Shown here: one piece after another, positions 9,340 to 17,470 of the stretch
Layout of the letters: every line of letters begins with the position of its first letter
How positions within the stretch are numbered: position 1 is the first letter of the stretch
Virus record (IMG/VR): IMGVR_UViG_3300038379_000430
Span: 1 to 44,521 of that record
Strand: one strand, 5' to 3'
Origin: a virus
Taxonomy: Duplodnaviria > Caudoviricetes
DNA: 44,521 nucleotides
Position numbers and translations under genes: made by a program
The notes under the pieces: model-generated
Database searches by the model: none
Told to the model about the DNA's origin: nothing
The model's input: only the letters and a program-made list of their open reading frames with translations

Positions 9340-9777
9340 TCAAGCTCGTCCGTATGGTGACGGCGGCCCGCCGCGCAGGCGCCGCGGGCAGGGAGGAGGG
9401 GTAGGTGGACAAACGCTCATGGTGCGCCTATGGTGCATTGCTCGCCACTCGTGAGCGCGGGCGCGAGCCGGACGCGCGAAGCTGGCACGCGCTCGAAGTA
9501 CGCGCTCGGTATCGAGCATCCACAGCACGCGACGCTTTGTGCAGACGAGCTTATCGTCATCGTGAAGTATCTCGCCCGAGCACTCGACCCGAGACAGCAT
9601 TGTGCCGGGCGCGTACCTGACTGCATCAAGCAGCCGCACCGAGGCATGCAGGCCGCTCTTGCACATCACGAGCCTGCCCGTGTGCCGATAGGTTCGGCCG
9701 ATGACGAGCTTCCGGCCATCGCGCAGGTTGCGACCAGCGGTGAAGTGCCAGGCGCGGACGGGCTTATCACTCGCCAT
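9340..9777 (-). CDS. Conserved phage protein (MCxSGLHAS motif) with atypical C-terminus
   Basis: AWHF..LRDG..MCKSGLHAS..DAVRYAPG..DDKLVC..RRVLW motif. Confidence 0.65.
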   Translation of the reverse strand: MASDKPVRAWHFTAGRNLRDGRKLVIGRTYRHTGRLVMCKSGLHASVRLLDAVRYAPGTMLSRVECSGEILHDDDKLVCTKRRVLWMLDTERVLRARASFARPARARAHEWRAMHHRRTMSVCPPTPPPCPRRLRGGPPSPYGRA

Positions 9778-10066
9778 CAGTCGGCTCCTGCGCCTGCGCG
9801 GCGGTGGCGCGGGCGTCGGCGTCAACATGTTCCTTCAACCATTTGGCCAATGCGCGTTCGGCGCAGGCCATCGCGTGAGCATGCCCATTGCGAGTGCGCT
9901 CGCCGTGAGCGTGGGTGCAGTAAGCCACCGGACGACCTGTCATGCGATCGTAGACGTACCCGTGATAGGTGAACGGCGCCCCGGTTAGTTGCCGGCATGT
10001 CGCGTAGTATCGTGCGGGCGCGGGGGCGTCACCGGGCGCACGCGCCGTGGGCTGTTCTGCGGTCAC
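9767..10066 (-). CDS. Hypothetical protein
   Basis: Coupled to recT-like gene (GTGA overlap); non-random composition. Confidence 0.6.
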   Translation of the reverse strand: MTAEQPTARAPGDAPAPARYYATCRQLTGAPFTYHGYVYDRMTGRPVAYCTHAHGERTRNGHAHAMACAERALAKWLKEHVDADARATAAQAQEPTDGE

Positions 10067-10899
10067 GAATCTCCACCTTCGCCCGCAGCCGCGGGCGAGA
10101 CCTGTACGTCCTCCACGGCATCCAGACCGGCAAGAAGCGGGTCCGGCCCTTCGGTGGTCTTGCGGGCAGGCGCCTTGCCTACTTCGCGCGCGGCAGCAGC
10201 CGCCACCTCCTCGTTCAGCGACGTATCCCGCAGCTCATCGGTCAGTGCGAGGCCGAGGATCACGTCGGGGAACTCTCGCTTCGAGAGTCGTGCCCAAGCA
10301 CGCCAGGCCATCATGTCCGGCGTCGCAGTCGCCCATGCGGCATCCTGGGACCAGGTGTTTCCACGGCCGCGGCCGAACAGCTGACGGTTCTCCGGATCCA
10401 CCTTCAGCAAGCCCATGCGCTGAGCGTCCTTGAACGAGAAACTCGCCGAGACTGGCATCGCGCGATCACGCCGATGCGCTGTGTAGGTGGCAGTCCACTC
10501 GTCGGTGAAAGGCTCGCCCTCCATCGTCAACGTCGGCTGGCCTTCCGGCCGGCAGACGCCGCTCGACCGCACGAGCGCCATCGACGCGGTTCCGTCGATG
10601 CCCAGCCTGCCGTTGACGAAGGTCAGGTGAGCCAGGCTCCACATGTATTTCATGCCGAGCTCGGCGCCAGCCTGAAGGATCGCGACCACGCCGCCGGGCT
10701 TCATGTCGCGCGGAGCGACACCGGCGATCACGAGCATGTTGGCGAGCCGCACCATTTCGTCGAGCGATTGGAGCTGGATGCCGTAGGCGCCGGCGATCAC
10801 CGGAACTCGACTGAGCGGGGGTGTCGGAGCCGCCTCCTCCGTCTTGCTCGGAGCGAAGTCCTCAGAGGTCGGCGGTCGGTTGTCGGCCATGTTCACCAC
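10063..10899 (-). CDS. recT: RecT-family single-strand annealing protein
   Basis: GAELGM..SL..LTFVNGR..G..MALVRSSG, FSFKDAQRMGL, PDMMAWRAWARLSKREFPDVILGL; next to an exonuclease gene. Confidence 0.8.
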   Translation of the reverse strand: MVNMADNRPPTSEDFAPSKTEEAAPTPPLSRVPVIAGAYGIQLQSLDEMVRLANMLVIAGVAPRDMKPGGVVAILQAGAELGMKYMWSLAHLTFVNGRLGIDGTASMALVRSSGVCRPEGQPTLTMEGEPFTDEWTATYTAHRRDRAMPVSASFSFKDAQRMGLLKVDPENRQLFGRGRGNTWSQDAAWATATPDMMAWRAWARLSKREFPDVILGLALTDELRDTSLNEEVAAAAAREVGKAPARKTTEGPDPLLAGLDAVEDVQVSPAAAGEGGDS

Positions 10900-11276
10900 T
10901 CCCTAGCCGAGCGCTCGAGCACCTCGAGCCCGGCCCGTTGATAGTCCTTGCGCTGCGCGAGGAATCGGAGTCTCGCCTCCGTCTTGCGCGCGCGATCCTT
11001 CGCTCGGCGGATCCTGCGTTCGAGCCTGGCCACCTGCCGTCGGTGCATCAGAGCCGCGTGCACGCGGAGCATGTCCCCGAGGACGTTGATCTCGTCGAGC
11101 TGCGCTGCCAGCTTCGATTTGTTGACGACGGCGGATGCTTCCATCCGTTTCAGCTCCGATCTGGAGATGAGAGACAGATTCTTCGCGGCGCGCACGGCCG
11201 CCCAGCCAGGCGCCCCCGGCTTGTTGGCCGTCTGCTCGAGAACAGTCATTGCCAAAGTCAACTGGTCGCGGTTCAC
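10893..11276 (-). CDS. Hypothetical coiled-coil protein
   Basis: Fills the gap between the exonuclease and recT-like genes with tight spacing. Confidence 0.6.
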   Translation of the reverse strand: MNRDQLTLAMTVLEQTANKPGAPGWAAVRAAKNLSLISRSELKRMEASAVVNKSKLAAQLDEINVLGDMLRVHAALMHRRQVARLERRIRRAKDRARKTEARLRFLAQRKDYQRAGLEVLERSAREW

Positions 11277-11278
11277 TT

Positions 11279-12148
11279 CTAGAACCCAAGATCGACGTCG
11301 CGGTAAGCCCAGGTGGGCACGTCCAGCGGTTGCACGGAGGCCGGGTATCCAGGCCACTCGTTCGACTCGGCGCAGGAGACGTAGCGCGAGAGCCAGCGCT
11401 CGTACTTGCCGCGCCCCATGTTCACGACCTCTGGCAACGGCTGGTAGAGCGCATGCGCGAACGGGGGCTCTTTCTCGACCACGAGCCAGATCCAGTCGCG
11501 GTGACGAGGGGCGAGCACCTCGAGGCCGTCGAGGTAGTAGGCCGCTTGGGCATCGTAGCCGTATCGCACGACGTCGCGCGCAAAAAGATCCGGCTGCGCA
11601 CCTCCGATCGGAACGGTCTTGAGGTCTACGACGGCGCCAGAACCCGATTCGAGCTGGGCGATCAGGTCGATGCGACCCTTGCTGCGGACGCTCCTGGCAC
11701 CGACGGGCCAATCCCAGAAGATCGACGCCTCGCGCACGCCGCGCGCCCCGAGCAGTGCCTGGACGGTGGGCGAGTCCCAGAGCTTCTTGCACGCCGCGTC
11801 GATCCAGTCGAAGTCCTCGTGGGCTAGCGGCTGCTTGCCCGGGTTGTCAGCGAGCAGCGAGGCATAAGCCGCCTTGCCCGCGTTGGACCTACGCTCGGTG
11901 CCCGCCGGCAACCGGAAATATTCAGCGCGGAACACGGCAGGTTGCAGCAACGCGGCGTGGAATGCCTGTCCGAGCCGCTGGGCCTCGGTCTGTTCGCGGG
12001 GTGCGAGTTGCTCTTGGCGGCAGTGCGCGGGCGTCGGATGCATGCGCTTGAGCAGGCTGATGTTGAGCCCGGGGGCTTCTCGGTATTCGGCTTCGGTCAG
12101 CGCAGGATAGAGCCCCGCCGCCGCGGTCTTGTGCAGGTGCTCCATCAT
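11279..12148 (-). CDS. PD-(D/E)XK exonuclease, RecE/ExoVIII (DUF3799)-like
   Basis: GLNISLLK, GQAFHAALLQP, EASIFW, KGRIDL, VVDLKT, YGYDAQAAYY, VEKEPPF, WPGY. Confidence 0.88.
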   Translation of the reverse strand: MMEHLHKTAAAGLYPALTEAEYREAPGLNISLLKRMHPTPAHCRQEQLAPREQTEAQRLGQAFHAALLQPAVFRAEYFRLPAGTERRSNAGKAAYASLLADNPGKQPLAHEDFDWIDAACKKLWDSPTVQALLGARGVREASIFWDWPVGARSVRSKGRIDLIAQLESGSGAVVDLKTVPIGGAQPDLFARDVVRYGYDAQAAYYLDGLEVLAPRHRDWIWLVVEKEPPFAHALYQPLPEVVNMGRGKYERWLSRYVSCAESNEWPGYPASVQPLDVPTWAYRDVDLGF

Positions 12149-12439
12149 CTACTGGTTCTCCTCGACGGCTCGCATGTGGATCGGCGGATCACCCTGAAGG
12201 CTGGCATGCGCCTTGGCCAGCGCGACGAACTCCGACTCCGTCTCGCACGCCGCGATGGTGATGGACTGGACCGCCGTTCCTTGGAACGTGAGAAACGCGG
12301 CTCCCTTTTCGCCGCTGAGCTCGGAGAGCTTGAATTGGATGGCGCGCCCCTGCGCGAGCCGATAGAGATTCACGGCGCTGAGGACAAGAAGAAGCTGCTG
12401 ATCGCCCGTTGCGACGTCCCTGGCGATGGACTTGATCAC
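12149..12439 (-). CDS. Hypothetical protein
   Basis: First gene after the leftward promoter; abuts the exonuclease start. Confidence 0.6.
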   Translation of the reverse strand: MIKSIARDVATGDQQLLLVLSAVNLYRLAQGRAIQFKLSELSGEKGAAFLTFQGTAVQSITIAACETESEFVALAKAHASLQGDPPIHMRAVEENQ

Positions 12440-12468
12440 GGTAGAACCCCCCGGTGGTGTTGGCCGCT

Positions 12469-12520
12469 ACTCTAATCGAGACGAACGCGCTTGACAAGGA
12501 CTATTCGTCCCGATTATCTT
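12469..12520. promoter_or_regulatory. Back-to-back sigma70-like promoters with overlapping -35 boxes
   Basis: Plus strand TTGACA(12491-96)-18-TATCTT(12515-20); minus strand TTGTCA(12497-92)-17-TAGAGT(12474-69). Confidence 0.7.
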
Positions 12521-12528
12521 GCAACTCC

Positions 12529-12927
12529 ATGAGGGGACTGGACAGATCGGAGTCGCAGCACCCGGAGCTTGCGGGCGGCCGCCGCCTGCTGCGCCGGGTG
12601 CTGCGAGAACGCAGGAAGGGGCGGAAGGGCTCGCTGTACGAGCGGCTCGGTCGTCTTACCGGGGACCCGAAGGGGTACTCGCTCCAGCACTTCATCATGG
12701 GCAAGCGCCCGCTGACGCTTCGGATCGCCGTGCTCACCGCATTGCACCTCGGCCTTCCGCTCGAGCGGCTATTGACGGCGGAGCAGCGACGGACAGTGGC
12801 CGCGTTGCGCCGCTACGATCGGCGCAACGGCCGGGGGACTCCGGATGGACTCGCTCGAGCTCAGCGCAGCGGATCGGGATCGACTCCTGGTGCTGGTCAA
12901 GAAGCACCTTCCGCATCTGCTGGATGA
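12529..12927 (+). CDS. Cro/XRE-like HTH regulator (probably leaderless transcript)
   Basis: YSLQHFIMGKRPLTLRIAVLTALHLGLPLERLL resembles the XRE C-terminal half; ATG 8 nt after the -10 box with no RBS. Confidence 0.55.
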   Translation: MRGLDRSESQHPELAGGRRLLRRVLRERRKGRKGSLYERLGRLTGDPKGYSLQHFIMGKRPLTLRIAVLTALHLGLPLERLLTAEQRRTVAALRRYDRRNGRGTPDGLARAQRSGSGSTPGAGQEAPSASAG

Positions 12928-13213
12928 ACCGGGGCGCATCGACTGGTACATCACGGAATGTCTCTCCTACTGGCGCGGGAGGGGTCGCGGTGCAGGTGCA
13001 GGCAGGCGCGACTGGCCGATGACGATCCTGAACCGAATGCTTCGAGTCGAAGATCAGCGCTTCCGCGGCGCGATTCCGGACCCGGCCAGGGTCCGGAATG
13101 ATCAAGCCGAGCGTGCGCTAGCGGAGGCTGCCGTCAAGAACGCGGAACGAGGCGTTGACCGCGGTGATGCGATCGCTGCGCGCAGCGGGCTCAGGCTGCG
13201 CGAGGTCAACTAG
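12845..13213 (+). CDS. Putative replication initiator/loader-like small protein
   Basis: YW..RRDWPMTILN motif resembles the C-terminus of phage replisome organisers; precedes the helicase. Confidence 0.45.
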   Translation: MDSLELSAADRDRLLVLVKKHLPHLLDEPGRIDWYITECLSYWRGRGRGAGAGRRDWPMTILNRMLRVEDQRFRGAIPDPARVRNDQAERALAEAAVKNAERGVDRGDAIAARSGLRLREVN

Positions 13214-13217
13214 ACAC

Positions 13218-14141
13218 ATGGCAGCAGGAGGTCCGCCTCGGATCCACCGCGAGCGCATGATCGACGTCCTCGAGGCGGCTGATGAAGTGCGCGGCCGAAC
13301 AGAAGTCGTCGAAGGAAACGACCCGTATGCGATGCTCAGTCCGAAATCGGGCTTCGACGCTTGCGTGCGTCTCTCGAGCGCGATCCAGCTCGCCTTGCGC
13401 GGCGAAAGCCGGGCGCGAGTCCAGCTACTCGCTCAGCCTGATCGTGGCGCAGGCGTGAAACTGCGCTGGGGAACCGGAATCACCGGTCTCGATCTCCACT
13501 CGTCCGGCGGCTTCCATGGCTTCTCGGGTCTGGTCGGCGACGAAGGGACCGGCAAGAGCGATCTTGCGTTGCGCGCCGGCCTCACCGCGGCAGCCGATGG
13601 CTGGGAGGTCTACTACATCAACGGGGAGCTCGATCGCTTCGACCTGGCCGAGCGCTTCGGGCGGTTGGCCGAATCCCTGGGCACCGATCTTGCCGAGCGC
13701 GCCGCGGAACACTTCTGTGTGTACCACCTCAGTCGTGGCAAGACGCTCACCGACATCGTAGCCTTCCTGGAGGGGGACGTCCTGCTTCGGCAGGCAGACC
13801 GCGCGATCGTGATCTTCGACACCGTCGACACGATCGCAGCCTGGTCCGATTCGTACCTCGATTCGCTGAAGGATCTCTACTTGTGGGCGATGGGCGTCCG
13901 GGTCCTTGTGCCGGATCTGATCTCGATCCTTGCGGTGGCCGAGCCGAATCGAGATGGCAAGGGCAAGGGGCGACGACTCGAGAAGTGGGCCGACTTCGTG
14001 GTCCAGATGAAGCACGTTCGCGACGACGTCGTGAAGTTTCGCGTGACGAAAGGGCGCTACTCGGGCCGCGTGGACCTACTCGAGTGGCGCCACCGCTGGC
14101 AAACCTGCTCGTTCGAGCTCGAGGAGGGCAAGCGCGTCTAG
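13218..14141 (+). CDS. DnaB/RecA-fold replicative helicase-like ATPase
   Basis: TGITGLD..GG, Walker A GDEGTGKS, YINGEL, Walker B IVIFD, LEKWADFV, KGRYSG. Confidence 0.8.
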   Translation: MAAGGPPRIHRERMIDVLEAADEVRGRTEVVEGNDPYAMLSPKSGFDACVRLSSAIQLALRGESRARVQLLAQPDRGAGVKLRWGTGITGLDLHSSGGFHGFSGLVGDEGTGKSDLALRAGLTAAADGWEVYYINGELDRFDLAERFGRLAESLGTDLAERAAEHFCVYHLSRGKTLTDIVAFLEGDVLLRQADRAIVIFDTVDTIAAWSDSYLDSLKDLYLWAMGVRVLVPDLISILAVAEPNRDGKGKGRRLEKWADFVVQMKHVRDDVVKFRVTKGRYSGRVDLLEWRHRWQTCSFELEEGKRV

Positions 14142-14284
14142 ACGCGCTGCCGCCGCGCACGGCACGGCCATCGGCCGCATCGATCGACCAGGTACCCCGG
14201 CTCCCACTCATGGAAGCCCAAGGCACAGCCGATCCTCCAGCCGAGTCGACCGGCGGCGTAGGTGAATCTGCGTAGCAATCTCAC
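14138..14284 (-). CDS. Small Zn-finger-like protein (C..GxHxW..CxR)
   Basis: CALGFHEW..CGRWPC; GTGA overlap with the upstream stop; RBS AGGAGG. Confidence 0.5.
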   Translation of the reverse strand: MRLLRRFTYAAGRLGWRIGCALGFHEWEPGYLVDRCGRWPCRARRQRV

Positions 14285-14595
14285 GATGCCTCCTGCTCCT
14301 GCCGGCGGTCCGGATGCTGGGGGTGCGTATTCGGCAACTCGGGAGGCATCAGCCGCACTCGTACCTCGACGCGAGCGCCGCGCCCGATCTCCCGGCCGAT
14401 CTCGAGGAACGTGGCGGTCATGCGGTTGCCAGTCTTGCGCTCCAGCTCGGCTACCCAGAGCGCCACCGACCGAAGCGCGGCCGGCCACCGGGCGTGGATG
14501 CGCGCGCTAACCATGCGTCGCCCCAGCGGGTCGACTCGTTCGCGCTCGTGGCTGACCTCGACTCCGTCGGCCAGGTTTCTTCGTTCGCTACTCAT
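14281..14595 (-). CDS. Hypothetical protein
   Basis: ORF within the leftward operon with tight spacing. Confidence 0.6.
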   Translation of the reverse strand: MSSERRNLADGVEVSHERERVDPLGRRMVSARIHARWPAALRSVALWVAELERKTGNRMTATFLEIGREIGRGARVEVRVRLMPPELPNTHPQHPDRRQEQEAS

Positions 14596-14614
14596 CGATC
14601 GCTACTGATTGGTT

Positions 14615-15232
14615 CTACAATGCGCGCCGCGCGATGACCGGCTGGATGCCGCGCTCGCGCAGCGCCTCGCACTCCTCGCGCGAGACCGTGTCGGGGACAA
14701 TCCGCTCCACTCGTTCGACCACGAACGCCGCGAATAGCCCGCCGACCGGGCCTGTCGGCTCCCCGTTCGGTCCCTCACCGCCCGGGAATACCTTGCGGTG
14801 CGCGAGAAAGCACCAGGTCTTGCCGATTTCGAGGTCGCGCGGCAGGGCCGCCACCCGTCTGCTTATGCCCATCTGGCACGCCTCGCGCAAGAACTCTGCG
14901 GGCGTAGCGTAGTGCTCCTCGCCCACCCAGATCAGCCCGGCCCGCTCGATTCTTGCCGTCGCGCCGAGCGGACACCCACTCGGCGCGCACTCCGCCGTAG
15001 AGCACGGCGTCGCCTCCGCGGCCAGCTTGCCCGGGTCGATCCACGTCCAACCACGCGCCGGCTTGATGCCACCGCGGCAGGTCGGGCAGACCACGAGCGG
15101 CAGGGGAAGTCGGCCGCAATCCGTCGTGCTTGAGGCGCCCACCAGATAGAGGCCGCCCAGCTTGCGGTATCCGCAGCCGCGCTTGCGCTCGTAGGTGACC
15201 CAGGGGCGCCAGGTTTCGATGGCGCTCGTCAT
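14615..15232 (-). CDS. Conserved Cys-rich phage hypothetical protein
   Basis: ERKRGCGYRK.GGLYL, CPTC, LIWVGEEHY.TP.EF.REA..MGISRR. Confidence 0.75.
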   Translation of the reverse strand: MTSAIETWRPWVTYERKRGCGYRKLGGLYLVGASSTTDCGRLPLPLVVCPTCRGGIKPARGWTWIDPGKLAAEATPCSTAECAPSGCPLGATARIERAGLIWVGEEHYATPAEFLREACQMGISRRVAALPRDLEIGKTWCFLAHRKVFPGGEGPNGEPTGPVGGLFAAFVVERVERIVPDTVSREECEALRERGIQPVIARRAL

Positions 15233-15588
15233 CTTGGCTTCTCCGGAAATGCGGTCCGCAGGGCCGTTTCCGTCTGTTCATCGGCATAGAGACCCGCGAG
15301 TCGTTCCGAGACCGGCCGCGCCACCGCTGCCGTCCGTCGGCGCTCGGCCCGCGCAGTCGGGCCCAACTGGGCCTTGAGCGCGCGGGCCTGCGCCTCATGA
15401 GCGCGCGCGCACCGCTCGCGTTCGTGGATCGCCATCAGCGCGTGGAGCGCGCCGATCGGGTCGCGCTGCTCTCGACAGCGGATCCGGTGCGCGCGCAGCG
15501 CCTGCGCCTGCCGGCGGTGATGCTTCGCTTGGGCGCGTTCGCCGGCAATGCGGGCGCGCAAGTCGCGTTCGGCCATCGTCATCGTCAT
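15229..15588 (-). CDS. Arg-rich helical hypothetical protein
   Basis: Stop overlaps the next ATG (ATGA). Confidence 0.5.
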   Translation of the reverse strand: MTMTMAERDLRARIAGERAQAKHHRRQAQALRAHRIRCREQRDPIGALHALMAIHERERCARAHEAQARALKAQLGPTARAERRRTAAVARPVSERLAGLYADEQTETALRTAFPEKPR

Positions 15589-15640
15589 GCCGCGGGCCGC
15601 GACAAGTCGAGCGTGCGGAGGATGATGGGATCGGTAGGCA

Positions 15641-15865
15641 TCATGCGCCCGCCTGCGCGTCGGCCAGGGCTTCGGCTTCGGTCGTGAAAGGGCCGATGGG
15701 ATCGGAGTCGGGCATGCAGCCGGGGAAACAGAACCAGTAGTACCAGCCTTCGGGGAAGTCGCTTTCAGCATACTTCTCCCGGTCATCAGGAACGTGGTAG
15801 AACGTCTCCACAGTGCAGTCGCATCCATCGGGACAGGGCGTGAGAGTGAGGGCTGTGCGGGTCAC
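15641..15865 (-). CDS. Hypothetical protein, paralogue 2 (GWYxWxCFPGCMPDSDP motif)
   Basis: GTGA coupling; shares VETFY and the C-terminal motif with 15862-16185. Confidence 0.75.
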   Translation of the reverse strand: MTRTALTLTPCPDGCDCTVETFYHVPDDREKYAESDFPEGWYYWFCFPGCMPDSDPIGPFTTEAEALADAQAGA

Positions 15866-15972
15866 GCTGCGCCCTCCTGCGCGTCGGCCAAGGCTTCCGC
15901 TTCGGTGGCGAAGGGGCCGAAGGGGTCGGAGTCGGGCATGCAGCCGGGGAAACACGTCCACCAGTACCAGCC
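15652..15972. repeat. Imperfect 97-bp direct repeat (15652-15748 and 15876-15972)
   Basis: Shared core TCGGAGTCGGGCATGCAGCCGGGGAAACA. Confidence 0.9.
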
Positions 15973-16185
15973 GGTTCGGGATTCCTGGAAGCAAGCGATG
16001 CAGATATTGGATTCGCCTGCGATCGCATCGTCAGCAAGCTCCGTCACTTCGGAGCCGCAGTCGTCACATACCGCGCGCGCGACCACACGGACACAGGCGG
16101 GCCTTCCGTCGCAGTAGAACGTCTCCACATCCGGCAGCGCGTGCGGATCATCGGCGCGGGACGGGTCGGAGTAGTGCTGTGCCAT
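15862..16185 (-). CDS. Hypothetical protein, paralogue 1 with inserted CxxC..CxxC Zn ribbon
   Basis: RBS AGGAGA; VETFY..CDDC..CIAC..GWYWWTCFPGCMPDSDPFGPFATEAEALADA. Confidence 0.8.
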   Translation of the reverse strand: MAQHYSDPSRADDPHALPDVETFYCDGRPACVRVVARAVCDDCGSEVTELADDAIAGESNICIACFQESRTGWYWWTCFPGCMPDSDPFGPFATEAEALADAQEGAA

Positions 16186-16238
16186 GATCGGTGTCTCCTA
16201 GATGCTGTGGGTTTCGGGATCGGCCATTGGCGGGTTAT

Positions 16239-16661
16239 CTAACTGGTCGGCACGGCCAGTGCCGCCCGGTCGTAGGCATCGCGAGGCTCGCCTGCGATGG
16301 CGAGGCGGACGGCGTAGCCGCGTGGGTCGCCCTGGAACTCCGGTACGCACGGACCCATCCGCATCCCGGTGCGAGCGTTGATCGCCTCGCACGTCTCCCG
16401 GATGATGCGCTCGGCGCGGCAGGAGGGGCACTCGTGAACGAGCCCGAATCCGCGGCAGGCCGCAGGCTCCCATTGCGACTCGCAGCGTGTGCAGGTCGTG
16501 ATGCCACCGGCCGGCCAGTCCCCGTTGCGCCGCGCCTCGGCCAGTCGCCCGTAGGTGCGGCCCCAGCGCAGGAGGCGCAGGGCGTCGGCGCGGGTTGCGG
16601 TGGGTACGCGCTTGAGCAGCGCGGTGATGAACGTCTCGCGGTGTCGGTCGATTCGTCTCAT
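16239..16661 (-). CDS. Phage hypothetical protein with QGDPRG motif and Zn ribbon
   Basis: RBS AGGAGG; CTRC..CPSC; FQGDPRGYAVRL. Confidence 0.75.
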   Translation of the reverse strand: MRRIDRHRETFITALLKRVPTATRADALRLLRWGRTYGRLAEARRNGDWPAGGITTCTRCESQWEPAACRGFGLVHECPSCRAERIIRETCEAINARTGMRMGPCVPEFQGDPRGYAVRLAIAGEPRDAYDRAALAVPTS

Positions 16662-17023
16662 TTGTTCCTCCTGTTTCGGCGCTCCGCGCCGCTACTGCGC
16701 CCACCGTGGGCGTGAGCGCAGGGTGCGGGGCCAGAGTGGCTAGCTCTTCGTCGGCGTCCACTCCACGCCGAGCGCGGCCGCGACGGCGCGCCCGAAGTCG
16801 TCCCACTCCTCCTGACTCATGGACGCTTTCAAATCCTTCAACTCGGCCATCGTCACCTTCGGGGGCTCGAAGAACTTGGAAATCGCGAGGGTCGTGGTCA
16901 TTTCTTCCTCCTTTTTCGGTCGCGTCTCCGCGCCGCTACATCCCCGCGCCCCGGACGGTCAGATTCTCCGGGAGTGGACGGACTACGCTACCGTTCTACG
17001 CGGGGATGGATGCGGGGCTAGAG
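16659..17023 (-). repeat. Two related intergenic elements (about 16659-16736 and 16899-17023): conserved flanks, variable hairpin core, RBS
   Basis: Minus strand CTCTRGCCCCGCAYCC-[hairpin]-GTAGCGGCGCGGAG-n-CCGAAAMAGGAGGAASAAATGA in both copies. Confidence 0.8.
16740..16901 (-). CDS. 53-aa hypothetical protein (MTTTLAISKFFEPPKVTMAELKDLK..), not in the ORF track
   Basis: RBS AAGGAGG, ATG 16901, TAG 16742-16740. Confidence 0.75.
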   Translation of the reverse strand: MTTTLAISKFFEPPKVTMAELKDLKASMSQEEWDDFGRAVAAALGVEWTPTKS

Positions 17024-17248
17024 CAGACGGCCGACGCTGCCGCCGCCTTCCTCGAACCCGAAGCGGCCGACGGTGTTTCCGTTCGCGTCGCTGAGCCGAC
17101 CCTCGCCGAGGGTAGTGGCAACCGGACTGGTAAGGCCCGTGACACGTCCTGCAACCTCGCGCAGCAGTCGAGCCGTTTCGCGGTTGCGTTCCGCTTGCGT
17201 GTCGCCGAACGCCGCATTGTCGCAATCGATGGTGAGTACGAAGCGCAT
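17018..17248 (-). CDS. Small phage protein (NAAF..DANGNTVG motif)
   Basis: RBS AGGAGA; MRFVLTIDCDNAAF..ETARLLR..LSDANGNTVG. Confidence 0.75.
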   Translation of the reverse strand: MRFVLTIDCDNAAFGDTQAERNRETARLLREVAGRVTGLTSPVATTLGEGRLSDANGNTVGRFGFEEGGGSVGRLL

Positions 17249-17470
17249 GTGCTCTCCTAGATGCGGACGCCAACGGCGTCCAGGGTGGTATCGGGAACGG
17301 AGCGGAATTCGCTCGGGTCGAGCGCAGAACATGCGAGCGATTGCTTCCCCGAGGTTACGCCCGTAGTCGTAGGCTCGGGAGCGGGGCGATTCGGCGTCTC
17401 CGTCATAGGTGACGCCGGTTGAGAGCCCCTCGATACCTTCCCTTAGACCACGGCAAAATGCTTTGAGCAT
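17249..17470 (-). CDS. Small protein (AYDYGRNLG motif) that reads through in frame into 17018-17248
   Basis: RBS AGGAGA before ATG 17470; no stop codon before ATG 17248. Confidence 0.55.

Noticed and set aside
15652-15972. 97-bp repeat as a DGR TR/VR pair or CRISPR
   Set aside because: Mismatches are not adenine-specific, both copies are coding, and there are only two copies.
16659-17023. CRISPR mini-array, tRNA or hammerhead ribozyme
   Set aside because: No regular repeat-spacer period, no cloverleaf with a T-loop, and no CUGAnGA/GAAA core.
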